NCBI GenBank assembly: GCA_030295235.1
Contig: AP026148.1
Coordinates: 496,001-560,000 of the forward strand
DNA from: Fistulifera solaris
Lineage: Eukaryota
Direction of reading: 5' to 3'
DNA length: 64,000 nt
The position numbers were made by a program, and so were the translations under genes. Below the pieces are notes generated by a model. It was given only the letters and a program-made list of their open reading frames with translations. It was not told where the DNA came from and ran no database searches. Shown here piece by piece: positions 23,367 through 36,579 of this stretch (its first letter is position 1; every line of letters starts with the position of its first letter).

Positions 23367-25015
23367 ATGACGAGTCTCTCCAACGATGTGGTCCAAGAAC
23401 ACAGTTCTTCTTCAACTGGGGACGATGAGACCGCGGCCTTTCACTTGAATCATCATTCTGATCATTCATCCCTTCGCTCAATCGATCAAGTACTCGAGCA
23501 AGCCCTACCCGACAAACCATTACTACAGCAATGGAGATATTGGGTCATTTTCCTCAGTCTCGGTGTTGCCAATTCATCCGATGCGGCCGAAATATTAGGG
23601 ATATCGTACATATTATCCAATGCTACCTTTGACGAACACATCTTGGGTGGCAGTGCCTCGAAGGCCTCTTTGTTGGCAGCTACCGTCTTTGCTGGTATGC
23701 TGTTCGGCGGATTGATTGTTGGTGGAGGCATCAGTGATGTCGTAGGTCGTCGTCCGGTGCTTCTCTTTGGATTAGCGCTCAACAGTGTCGCGGGACTGCT
23801 GTCCGCAGCAGCGTGGAATGTGTATTCTTTGAGTTTCTTACGGTTTGTCGCCGGCATTGGCATTGGGACCACCATACCGCCACTCTTTACCTTGTGCAGT
23901 GAATTGGCGCCACCGCAACATCGGGGATTGTGTGTGACACTCGCGGCGAGTTTTTGGATGGTGGGCAGTATGTATGTGGCGATCCTGGCGTGGTGGGGTC
24001 AGGGCAATTCGTGGCGGGTCTTTGCCATGACGTGTGCGATTCCGAGTGCCGTGGGATGGTGGCTCGTCCAACAAAGTGTACCCGAGAGTCCACGCTTTCT
24101 CTTGCTGCAGGGACGATATGATGAAGCAGTCTTGGTGGTACGGGATTTGACCGAGCGCGCCCAATTTCAAGGTCTTGCTTGGACGCTGGAGGAAGCACAG
24201 GCCCATGGTGCTCCCATCTTGACACAAAGAGCACTGACCTGGGGTCTTCTGAGGACCTCATTGTGGAATTTTGGCTCCAGTGCGCAGCAACTGTATTTAC
24301 CGGAAACACGACAAGTGACACTCGCTTTGCAATTGGTTTGGTTCGGGCTTTCGTTCGGAACCTATGGACTGTATACGTGGATCAACAAGTTGTTTTTGGA
24401 AGTACATTTGCAAAACGTGTATTTCAACGCTCTATTATTTTCCGCAAGCAATCTACCAGGAAATCTGCTATCCGCATTTCTCATGGATCGAATAGGACGA
24501 TCGAAAATGTTGGTGGGGAGTACGTTGGCATCGGTTCTATCGTTGATGGTATTTGCCTACGTCGTGTTTCGTGATGAGTCAGCCGTTGGGTTGAGTGATT
24601 CTCCCCATTACCCGTAGAGTGGATTGTTTTGGCCTCGTGCGCCTTTCAGATGTGTACCATCGTGTCTTGGAACACGATTGACGTACTCACGTCTGAGCTC
24701 TTTCCAACATTTGTCAGAGCTACAGGAATGGGAGTTTGCGCCGGTTGTGGAAGGATAGGAGCCATGTTGGCGCAGTTTATCAACGGAGCGCTCGTTGTGC
24801 GCCCCGTATCTTTGTTGCTAGTTGCCGCTTTCACTTTACTCATAGCGGCGATCATGCCAATCTTTCTTCCGGCAGATCAAACAGGTCATCCCGTACGTGA
24901 CACTGTGTCCGAGAAAAGGCATAGAAAAGAAGACCGCTCGTCGGAGCTAACCGTTCGGGCCCCGCATCGAAACTACTCATACCAACACCTGGATTTGAAT
25001 GGTCAGCTAGACTAA
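23367..25015 (+). CDS. MFS transporter, SV2/SVOP-like; short intron near 24570-24617
   Basis: SDVVGRRP, ELAPPQHRG, PESPRFLL, MDRIGR and SELFPTFVRATGMG-CGRIGA; AG acceptor at 24616-24617. Confidence 0.88.
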
Positions 25016-25113
25016 AAAAGAGAGGGACGTTTAATGGCAGACGACCTCCTCGATACGTTTATAACTGAAACTAAACAAGATCAAAATGTGACTCTTTACC
25101 TCTTCGATAATTT

Positions 25114-25297
25114 TTAACTCATGATAAAATAAATTACAGTGTTCGCTAGCAAACTGCGATGCATCGGACATATTGGATCTCTTCATGGATAAATAGCTAC
25201 GAAAGAACTAAGCATTAAAGCGATAATTCTTAACTCATGTTAAAATAACACTGTGTTCGCTAAGAAGACGAACATTTTCGTTAGCAAACTGCGATGC
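25114..25297. repeat. Imperfect local duplication in the convergent MFS/cyclin 3' gap
   Basis: ttaactcatg-taaaataa...gtgttcgcta and tagcaaactgcgatgc each occur twice (about 25114-25162 and 25230-25297). Confidence 0.7.
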
Positions 25298-25390
25298 GTA
25301 AGTAGGTTGCAATGATGAAGACGAGCAACACGGACAACGGATTACTGGCTTCCGAAATTTCGCGGTTCGCTTTCAAAAAGTGTGGGGCGT

Positions 25391-26782
25391 TTAAAAGTCG
25401 GCGCTTAACTCGTAGGCAGCAACGCCTCCATAGCGGCTGCTGGAGTACTTTTGTTGACGGCTTTAAGCTCTTCACTGGCGGTACTCTTTTCACGGAGAAT
25501 AGCTCGGGCGACAGGGATCACCTCTTCTTCACAGTAGTTGGCGTATTTTAACAGAGTAGGGCTCCAAGGATTGCGACCAACAACTCGTCGCGCGATGAAA
25601 ACTGCGGCTGCGGCAAGTTGGCTGGGCAAATAGTGCAACAAATTGTAAGATTGAAGAGTTCCGTCTAAGATGTAACATGACAGCTGAACAATCTTCTTGT
25701 CGGCATGTCCGGCTTTCAAGAAGCGAACAAGGAAAGCATGTGCACTCGGAATGGTAACGTTGTACTCCAACGTCTTTAAGATGAGTTCCTCCATTTGAAG
25801 AATCTAAAGAAAAGAATGATCGTGAGCAAAATGTATTAGGCGGGCACATGCTCCTTGTGAAAGTCGATAACTTACATCTTGCTTCGTGTACGCTTTGTCG
25901 CAAATATAGACTAAGTCGCGGAGCTCAGGAGGAAAAATCTCTTCATACTTCGAAGCGATCAAGAGACTTGTGACTCCGACAAGCTGCAGGCGAGGACGAG
26001 AAACGCGCTCCTTTTCAAGAAAGCGATCAATCATATTGATAGTCAGATACAAAGTCTCCGGCACCAATTTGAACTTCAAGTGGACCTCAACCAACCAGTC
26101 AACCAAGATAGATCGCATACGTTCATTGATGTGAGTTTGGTTTTCCATGTAAATCGGTCGAACTGAAGAGAAAACTTCCTTTTCACGGAAATGAACATAC
26201 ATATCGTTGACGTATGAAGTTGTGCATAATGGGTCGTCACTATCGCGATCGTCAATGTTGTCGACCGTTCCCGTCATCTGATACGAACTAGGATCTGCCT
26301 GCAAGGCTGCCCGTAGCTGCATCGCATTATCACGATCGTCTGCCATAGGATTTCGCTGCTCCATGCGATTGACGAAAGCCCCGGACGCGCAACAACGACG
26401 TCGTTTCCAACAGCTGGTGCATCAGCCGCCATAGATCGTGTCTTCACGCCGTTCATGCGTTTCGCCATCTTTGCTCCCTTACTACTTCCATTTCGACTGG
26501 CATTGGTAACATCCTGTATTAGAGAAGGAAGACAAGGAGAGAGACGTCAGCAATGAGTGAGATGCAAACCAAGGTTGACGCAAAGTCAAAATACGCCAGC
26601 TCACAGGTGCATATTTCGTTGCTGGCATTGCTCATGCACTGCACAATGCTTGAAGAATGCAAAGAACTCATACGATCCTTTTAGAGACGATTAGAACTTA
26701 CCCGAAAGGCACGACGCCCGTTCGTTGGATTCGGAGCTGCGTTCGACGCGTTGGGTTGGTTGACTACGGATCGTGCAAACAT
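25391..26782 (-). CDS. CYCB: Mitotic B-type cyclin, 3 exons; apparent indels near 26370 and 25452
   Basis: ATG 26782; introns 26514-26701 and 25804-25875; destruction-box-like RRAFRDVTN across intron 1; cyclin box MRSILVDWLVEVHLKFKL and LIASKYEEIFPP; corrected end KKYSSSRYGGVA...ADF-stop. Confidence 0.93.
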
Positions 26783-27148
26783 GATTGTATTCCTGACAAA
26801 TAAGCTGACAGTCCTTTTCTACTTGTCTCTAGCTGATAAGATCAATGCAATGAATCTGAAATGCTGAATTCTTTTTCGACAAAGGAAAAGTGAGCGTCTT
26901 CCTTGCCAATACTGTGAGAGTTTCCTTTGCGCTGATCCGAGGTTGGCGATGAGTAGCGATGAAAGTATGGCGATGATTTGTCAATCGCTAATTAACGAAC
27001 AAAACGTGAACTTTTAAAATTGCTAAATGAAATCTGATTTCACCTATCTATCATGTCGTACAAGACAAAACTTTGTTTTTATGATAGGTTTTCGCCGGAA
27101 ACAATAGGGCGGTTGGTTATATTAGTCTGTGTAGATGTGAACTCGATT

Positions 27149-27488
27149 CCGTTCTTAAATAGGAAACGTACGTTGTGCAAAGTCAAAAGCGCCGTTTGTC
27201 GCACCCTCAGTTCAATTCAGTTTCATTAAACTTTGGACGCTACTCTAAATAACCACCTTACTCTATAAATCAGTGTTTACTCATCAGCGGTCATTTCAAA
27301 CTTCAAACGGAACATAACGGAATTGTTTCCTCTGTCGCAGCAATTTTTAAATTAAGTTTTAAATGCCGGTATGCTACATGACAGGTTACACTGCTTTTAA
27401 GCAATTTGGGTGCTCCTTATGAGTTTTTTGGTTGTGACAAAAACATTACGACCCATCCCTACATCATTGTTGCGCCAAACGCAAACGG
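27149..27488 (-). promoter_or_regulatory. Candidate G2/M promoter of cyclin B with MSA-like AACGG cores and CHR-like TTTGAA
   Basis: CCGTT 27149 and 27192; AACGG 27306, 27316 and 27484; TTCAAA 27295 and 27302. Confidence 0.45.
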
Positions 27489-28565
27489 CAAAACGACGAA
27501 GTGAAAAAAAGAATAGACAAACAAAATAAAAGTAGCGATGATCAAACGACATACGGCCATGAACAAATAACAGCAAAGTGATGCGCTTTCAAGAGCGACG
27601 ACAGAAGAAATTGACCATTCATGTCACGAATGCTCCGGGTATGGAGAGATCTCGTCTTCTTTCTCTTTTTTCTGCGTGACGAATAGCAGCTGCGATGGAA
27701 CCTGCAAAAAAATGGTCTCGTGCCTTGTGACTGGCGTCGCGGCTCGAATAAGTCTAAGCGAATTGAAAAGAACTGAATTCAGACGACTCGTTGCCGCACT
27801 GTTCTGAGTTACAATGTGTCGTGCTTCAAAGTGTGCAATGTCAAGCGGCGTTGGTTATCGGTTTTTCGTGCGCCCGTTGACAAGAATGTAACACAGAAGA
27901 AACAAAGTAGATGATTCAAAAGAACGTGAGCGATCGCTCAGTTGTCGTAAATCCGGTCTTTTCTACGTTTCACGCTCTCAACAAAGCACGCAATACAGTT
28001 TGTATAATCGAGAACGGAGGTCGTCGAGATTTCGGAAAAAGAAGACAGGCGGTGAAGTAAAAGTCGAGCATAAAAAGGCATAACAATCTATCCTTTCCTT
28101 CTTCAACTCAAGACCGAAACTTACCGGTAGAACTAAGATCTGTTTGGCTGTAAGACCGGTTCAATGGTTCAAAGAAGTCATTTGTCTGTTACAAAATAAC
28201 CAGCAAAGTGCAAGCTCCGAGAAAAATTTTTGAATTTTGTAGGTCTTGCTATTAGATAATATAGAAATCAGGATTATGTGATTTTCTATTCATTCCTTTG
28301 TTCATGATTGCCTGAAAAATGGTGTGGTCTTGCTTGGAACGCGAAACGGAAATGGCTTAATTCTTCATGCTCTAACCGCAAACCACGCTCCAGTAGATCG
28401 AAGTTTTATGTTTCATGAAGAATGTTTATGGTCTACATTTGCGTTACGATTTACAAGGACTTTGTGGTAAAGGCACCATTGAAGCAAAATTTAAGCGCCG
28501 TTTCTCGCGACTATCTCACACTTTCGACAGAAAAGTGTCTTCAAGATAATAAAGAACAAGCAACG

Positions 28566-31500
28566 ATGAAAGTTTACCAAGCAAGCATTAGCATTATTCT
28601 TCTTACCTTCATTCGACTCGGAGCATTAGAAGCATCGCAGGAGGGCCGCACGAGTCGCTTCGCAAACGGCGATTGGTTCGCAGAGTCCGGCGAGAAGGAC
28701 CCTGTTTACGCTGATAAGGAGATTACATTCTTTTCGAACTTTGGTACTACGTTGAAGCGCAACAAAGAGAAAGGTCGTTTGGATTGCGATTGGGATCATC
28801 CCGAAAAGGTCAAGCATTGTCCTCCGGTTGCGGCGTCCCCATTTTTCGGAGGCGGTGGACCGCCTGGAGCACCTCCCAACGATGATGTGAACTGCCTCCG
28901 TACTCCAAATCATTCGCTTTGTCGAGATTTACAGTCTGGCACAGAAAATGTTACGAAAACGGAGACTAGCAGTGTTGTCAATGGCAACACCACTGATGGA
29001 ACCGTGAAAATATCTATTAACGCGACACATAACGTTTCGGAGACCGAGGATGCCCCGAACTCTTTTGTTGCAGTATTTCCGGTTGCTTTCGTTGCAACGG
29101 AAGCTCCGACTCGAGATGATTGTTACGGTAATATGTTTGACGGCCGTTTCTGCGCGTCCTCCATGCCTTCTGTAACGGAGGAGCCGACGAAGGAACACAA
29201 CGTGATTCCTTCGCGCGGAAAACTCAAAAAACCAACACCCTCGGAATCCGGTACTGATAGCGGTGGAGCGGAAATCCCGTCGCAAGGTGATTCAAATGCC
29301 GACCACGGAGAAGCATTAGTCCCTCCAGGTCACCTTGATAAAGACAACTCCAAGGTCCCTTCGCTTTCCAACAAACCAACTGCTAGCCCTTCTGATTCAT
29401 TTAAGTACAACAGAGGCGGTGCAAAGTTGCCGACGTTTGCGTTACCCGAGCCAAGTGCTAGTCCTAGCACTATTCCAACGAACAATCCCACTCCTTTTCC
29501 TAGTCCAACTCCTTCATCTGCCCCCACAGGATGTGAAGATCGTGTTGCGGGTACCTTGGAGCGTCAACCTGGAAGCGAAGTTTGTGTTGAGGCATCGCTA
29601 GCAGTGACAACAGTGTCTCGTACGCACAAAACTGTTTCGTTCTCTGTCAAGCAAGATTTCACTCAGAGTTCGTTAACATGGATCGCAACGCAGTATGTTG
29701 GTGTCAATAAAATTGCTTCTTGTGACACTCAAAAGATCTACCCGCTGGACAGTCATTGACCTACACAGTCGCTTGCGACGAAAATTCCTGGGCTTTCATC
29801 AACATTTATGTCCACGACGAAGCGGCCAAGTCGGCCGCGTATGTTCCTGGCGAATGTTCAGTGGACTTGATAGATGGTGGTGCGTGCGCCTACACAATTC
29901 AACTTCCGTGTGATTGCTCGGGCCTTCCATTGTCACCACAATTGCCTCTTTCATCGCCCTACCTCAAAGCCGTTTGGGGGTTATACTGAAATCTTGAGTC
30001 TTCATCCTACTGCAGCACGGAGCTGACGAGCCAACTATAAATTTATCTGACATTCCTCACGGCAGAAATGACAGCTTTTCCGAGTTCAACGCCTATTATA
30101 GCACCTTCTAGTGGGCCCAGTGAAACACCAGCCACTTTCCCGGCAAGATCACGGCTTCTTCTCCCACCTCTAATCCATCTACTGCCAGCAACCAGCCGAG
30201 TTCAGAGCCCACGGAAGATCGTGTCGGTAGAGGATCTTCTTCCCCGACCAGCAGGCTTACAATATCTGGTGCTCCAATAAAACCCACCCTCGCAGCCCAG
30301 CTCCTTTCCAAGCATCTTTTCTTTTGATGCTTCTGACTCTGCCAACCAGCAGTCCCTCTTACGAATTTGTGGAATTGACATCTGGAAAGCCATTGCACGA
30401 TCCTAGCGCTTTCCTATCTGCGTTCCCTTCAATTGGACCCCAACCAGCTCTTACACCTTCTGATAGCCCCTCGTCAACTCCAACTTTACTCCCCTCTATC
30501 GATCCTTCGGTAAAACCATCTAAAAATGACATTCCCAAAATTATAACACTACCACCATTGCCGGTACCCACCGGAACCCCTACCAACTTGCCCTCCAGCA
30601 ACCCATCGAGCGAACCAACAGTTCTTTCCAGCGCCAGTCCGAGTGGATATCCATCAAATGCTTTTTCCAAAATACCTTCTGTGGCCCCCAGCAGAGAGCA
30701 AACAGAAATACCATCAATTAGACCAAGTAGCGGGTTGTCGACTGAACCAAGTTTCAATCCATCAAAAACTCCAGTTGATTTATCTTTGGTGCAGCCAACG
30801 AGCAGACCATCAGATATTCCTAGCTCCTATTTTAGTGACAACCCAACAAGTGCAATTACGCAGCAGCCAAGTAGTAATCCAAGACTCCCACTTTCGGCGG
30901 AACCTTTGGCTTTCAATCCTAGGAGTCCCATGGAACAAAAAAGTCCACAGACACCTGAAGAAGCAACTGCGGGTTCATCGGAGAAGCCTTTCAGTGGTCC
31001 AAGTCCTCACGAGAAGCCATCATTTTTGCCTTCGGAGTCCATCATCGAGCAACCCGGTCACACTTTCATTGGATACTCCTATGATTGGTGTGTCCAACGA
31101 AACCTAGTCCTATCAAGTCCGATGAGCCTTCGGACTTTCCAAGCAGTCTACCTACCGGTAAACTCAGCTTAGAGCCAAGATCTGAATCAACACCAAGCCC
31201 ATCTGCATCGCCCTAGCAGCTCTTCCGCTTACCAGCCAACAGACCCGCCATATGAGAATTTGAGTGATAATCCCAGTGATGCTCCTAGCTTGTTATCATC
31301 CGAGCCAACTAGTAGTCCGCAAGCACCAACAAGTTCAGTGCCAATGGTCATAAATGACTCGCCAAGCAATTCTCCCACTTTTATTGCCAATGGACATCCA
31401 ACTCCTGATTATAGTGATGAATCTTCGGTGGGACCAAGTTCACAACCAAGTGATATCCCTACTTTTCAACCAACTTTTCAGGGAGAGATTGCTCCAAGTG

Positions 31501-34500
31501 AAGTTCCGAGCTCTTCTTTTACTCAAACGATTCCACCAAGTGGAGAACCTTCTTCGTTTCCCTCCATCAACGTATGCAAGGAGTATGAACGAATCACTTT
31601 CAATAAAGATGGATTTGGCAATCCTATTGAAGCAGGATCTTTTGTGTCTTTGCAATGGATAAATTATGGCTTCAAGCTTAAAGCATCAGCGCAATCCGAC
31701 AGTTCGGGGTGGATACATGGAGAACGGTTGGCCGAGAATATTTGATACAGTAAATCCAGGTTCAGAGATCACTGGTACACCTTCCTTGGTAGGTGATTTT
31801 GGTAATGTTCTGATTCTGCAACAGCAAAGAGACAAGGGTCAAGTGAAATGGCAAGCAAATGAGAACGGTGGAGTAATAGCTTTTGATTTTGAAACCGCAC
31901 CACGAGGCAAAATTTTTGATATCGGACTCCATAATGTTGTAAAGAACGCTCAAATACAGCGTTGAAAACTTCGGACGGCCGTAGTAAACAAGTTTGACGT
32001 GGCTGCGCCAAGGAGAAAATGTTCCTGTCGTCCTACTGCTGAACGTTTTCAGTGTCAAAAGGTTGAAGTAATTATGCATGGACCCAGCGCCGTAACTTTC
32101 CTCGGTATTTGTTACCACAACAAAGGCCGTCTGTCGACAACAAGACCTGGAAACTTGTGGCCAACCGAACAGCCGAGTGTACCGCCAAGTCTAAGCCCAG
32201 TTCCCAGCCATTTGCCGACAACGACTCAGGTTCCAAGTATGATTCCAAGTTCAGTTCCGACTGCTGAGGGGGAAAGAGCACCCAGCAAGATTTCAAGCAC
32301 CTTTCCAACCTCCACTTTTGTTCCAACATCCGTGTCTTCTCAACTACCAAGCATGTCACCCACAACTAGCCCAAGCTCCATGGAATCAGATGCACCGAGT
32401 GCGCAGCCAAGCAAGTCCCCAACCGCATTGCCATCTAGCCAACCGAGTACCAATCCGAGCTATGAGCCTTATGCAGCGCCTAGCATTTTGCCGTCTCAGA
32501 GCGCCATCGCTTTCTCCAACTTCCCTCCCAAGCCTCGCACCCGTGACTTCACCTTCTGGGGTGCCTAGCAGTTTCCGTTCTGTAATCCCCACATTGCCAA
32601 GTTTCACGCCCACATCTGAGCCAACTAGCACTCCAAGCTCTTCACCTGTCAGCGAACCGAGCAGCAACCCGGGCATCAGTCCCTCATGGTCACCATCAAG
32701 TACTCTGAGTTTAAGCCCTTCGGAAGAACCAAGCTCATTTCCATCAATAGATCCAAGCAGTGTTCCGTCTTCTCGACCTAGCAATGAGCCTAGCAGCCTA
32801 CCGAGCATTGCACCTATTCTTATTCCAAGTACTGTACCGTCAGTATTACCCACGATCGAACCTAGCATGTTTCCAAGTACCATACCAACGCAGAGGGTGA
32901 GAAAGCACCAAGCGAGGTACCAAGTTTGACACCCACGGAGTCTACTGAACCCAGCAGCACTCCTACCCAGACCACGAGTGCTAGTCCAAGCTTTGAACCA
33001 ACTGCAGAGTTGTCAAGCACCAAGCACTAGTCCGAGTGCGTCTCCTTCTTCTTGCCAAGTAGTTCGCCAATTGTTACATTGTCTGAACCTCCGAGTGAGA
33101 CACCTGCTGAAAGACCAAGCACTCAACCGAGTACAGAGCCTTCTTTGACACCCACGATGGTACTTAGTCTTTTTCCTAGCACAGCCCCTAGCTCGACACC
33201 CACTAGTGAACAAAGCACCGACCCGACCATGGAGTTGTTGGCGAATCCTTCTACAAAGCCAAGTGTTGCTTCTTCTCTTACGCCAAGCACTTCATCGAGC
33301 GGAGAACCAAGTTCCTTTCCCAGCAGCAAACCAACTAGTCAATTGAGCTTGTCTCCAAGTGCCGAACTGACACAGGAAGGCGAGAAAGCGCCAAGCGAGC
33401 TACCGAGCGATGTACCGACAGAATTGTTGGCACCCAGTAGTGCTCCTACTCAGCCACAAAGCGAGGAACCGAGCGTAACTCCAACCGGATTGGCAAGCTG
33501 TACCGAGTCAACGGCCAACCTTTACTCCAACCAACCCAGAAGGTGAGTTATAATATGAGTGCAGACCAAGACGTTCCTTTTATCTGACCCACATATCACA
33601 CCGCATCCAGACCAATCATTGGCACCTTCAGAGAGACCGACTTCTCTTCCCAGTGGCCTCTTGGCTCTTCCTAGTTCCGGTCCTTCATCTTTGCCATCGA
33701 TCACACCATCTATCATTCTCAGTTTGGATCCCATAATGGTTGTTTCTACCAAGCCTTCTATTCCTCCGACTTCCTTTAATTCACTTTCACCGACAACCAT
33801 CCCTACAACGTCTCCACTGTCGTCCATCCCTTCAATCAAGCCAACTAATGAAGTATTGAGTTTAAATGACCGGATATGCGTCCAAATAGCTCGTTTAGAA
33901 GACACTTCAGTTGCACTGGATGGAAGCGGCCTATACAGTGAGAACCCGATTAGTGTATCCAAGCAAACAGGTTCAACAGTATCTTTTGTCGTTAAACAGA
34001 CCTGGAAAGATGTTGGCTCTATTCGGGCTATTAGCGTTGCATATGAGGACATGGATGAGCGTATGCAATGTCCTCAGAATGTAAATGTCACTGAGCAATC
34101 CCCGGTGTACACTGCTCATTGTATCGGCGGTGTTGCGAAAGTAGCAGTTTTGTCAGCGATGATTCCTTCAGCGGACTTACCGACGTATCTGACAGAATCC
34201 CTGCTTCATGCACTGATTCTAAGCCAGGCTTTGCTATGTTCATGTTCAGTGTTCCTTGCGATCCTAACGACAAAGATTTTTGTGTGGGTGACACACTGTG
34301 CCCTGAAACTTCACCGTTGGAGCTACCATCCTCAGTACCTAACAAGGCTCCAAGTGGAATCAAAAGTACAAAGAGAAGTGAATCTCTGAGCAAAGTTCTA
34401 AGTAGTGTTCCGTCTGTGAAACCATCAATTTCTCCAAGTTTGGATACGGTTCGGACCATCAAAAATCCCATCTGCTTGCAAAAGGCTCAACTGCAAGGAA

Positions 34501-36186
34501 CATCAGTCAAGCAAGACGGACCGTACATGTACTCCTCAATGCCTGTTCGAATTGGATCCCAAACAAGTACAACTGTCACCTTTACGATTGAGAATACATG
34601 GACTGCCGATGACAATGGAAGTCTGGAAAACATTAATGCTGTATTCGAAGGGACTGGCAAAGCCATGGTGTGCTCTCAGAATGCAGCTGTTGTTGACTCC
34701 ACACAAGAGCTTACTGCTGTGTGTGTCAACGGGCGTAGCCGACGTCATTTTGTTTATCACCGATTTGTCTTTTCATGGTGCAGAGAAGATCACCGACAAC
34801 ATCCCGTCCTTCTGTGAGAACTCAAATGATGAAGACACGGTCATGTTTGTGTTTGAATTCCCTGTGACCCAGCTGACGAGTCCTTTTGTGACAAAAAGTC
34901 CCTATGCCCGAAACTGAAGCACTAGAGACAGTCAGTGGGTCTTTGGTCTTGTGCCAACAAGAGGCTCGCTTGGATAGTGATTCCACTGACAAGGGCAAGC
35001 GTGGCATGTATGAGTCAAATCCTATCATTATTGCTGATCAGCAGCCAACAAGCATCTCTTTTAAGGTGAAGCAGTCGTGGAGCACTCCTGATGGAACTTT
35101 GGATGGTATGAGGCGTATACTATGAAGGTTCCAATGATGAAAAGATGATCTGCGATGAAATCACAAACATCAGGCAAGAAAGTCCATTCTATACTGCCAA
35201 ATGCATGGATGGCGTCACGGAGATCGCTATCTTTGTTCATGACGGTTCCTTTCAAGGGCTCATGGATGTGTCAACCACGATTCCACCAACGTGCTCAAAT
35301 GCTCGTGAATCTCCTGTTGGAAAACTAGCCGTTTTCTTCTTTACTATTCCATGCAATCCTTCCGATGAGAGCTATTGTATCAGCAGTGACAACGGGGTCA
35401 ACAGTAGCAAACCTCTCAGCCGGCAAATGCGTGACGACCAAGAAGACCACATTGTCATTACATCCAATGAAATCCGCGGGGTAATTCACAAGGAAACGTT
35501 TGAAACACCCGGCGATGCCTTGTCATGGGAAGGAGGCATTTGACAACCCTGTTGTTCACAAAACGTTTCAAATGCCCGTCAAAGCCAACTCTGTTACCAT
35601 CCAATTCAAGCTCTATGTGATCAACACAGCATCCAAACGAAGACACGCTGCAGTTCCATATTCAGAATTCTTGGGTGGACCTCCCTTTGACCTCAAAACG
35701 AAACAAATTACCATCAAGATGAAACCATCACCCTTCGTGATCGCGTCACGACAGATTGAGCTTCACGAGCACTTTTCAGGATGATTCTCACGTATGACAT
35801 TGAAATCATCATTCCCAGACGATGGTGGGTGAACCACAACAAAATCTTGTCCTTTGGATTTCAGGTGCTTACAACAAATGCCATTCACCAAGACGGCTAC
35901 GGAATTGACGATTTTACCATTGAAGTGGATTGCGGAACCCAGCGCCCGGCCGAAAAGTCTTTTGCAGGATCCTCAGAATGAACCAAGCAAAGAAGATGGC
36001 GTTTACTATTGTCAGTCAGCAGATTACCCGTGCGGCAAAGACATGGTGAATGTTTGTCACTATTCATCACGACAAGGATATCAAACATTTTGCATCCCTG
36101 AACAGGATTCGGAAGTCCTTCGTTTTTACAAAAATGATTACTGCGGACCGTGCGTGAACTACTTTCACGGAGACCCTCTTAATTAA
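28566..36186 (+). CDS. Giant secreted mucin-like Pro/Ser/Thr (PSxxPS) protein with repeated Cys-containing globular domains; broken by many apparent indels
   Basis: Signal peptide MKVYQASISIILLTFIRLGALEA; consecutive plus-strand ORFs all carry PSxxPT/PS repeats; four related domains with V(S/T)F-x-(V/I)-x-x-x-(W/F), TA-x-C and F-x-x-PC; Cys-rich end CHYSSRQGYQTFC...DYCGPC. Could be more than one gene. Confidence 0.7.
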
Positions 36187-36579
36187 TTGATTTTGTTTTT
36201 AAATTAAACGTAAAACAAAGCACTTTCTCATCAATCATAACAGCAATAATGGGCCTTGTTTGACTTCAATGCTGTCATTTTCACAACAATGATGTCTTGG
36301 GTTACATGCACAAATAATGACGGTATGGTGCCGATAAGATTCTTAGAGTATACAAGTACCAAAGTAAATACTACTCTAGAGACGACGACTCCCCATACAA
36401 TACAAAAACTTTGGCTAAACCGTCCGTCAGTCGTCCACAATGATGCTTTGTCTCGAAAAAAAACTGACGTCTTTCGAGATTCAACTTGTCATAACAACGC
36501 GGAAGTTGTGGTGGGAGATTCATTCTTTCGTCCCTTTGATGAAAAGATAGTCGTTTTGGTCTTTCGTATTATCATCATC

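Noticed and set aside
29400..33850. CRISPR-like or satellite array
   Set aside because: The repetition is at protein level (PSxxPS) with variable codons; there are no identical nucleotide repeats with spacers and no cas genes.
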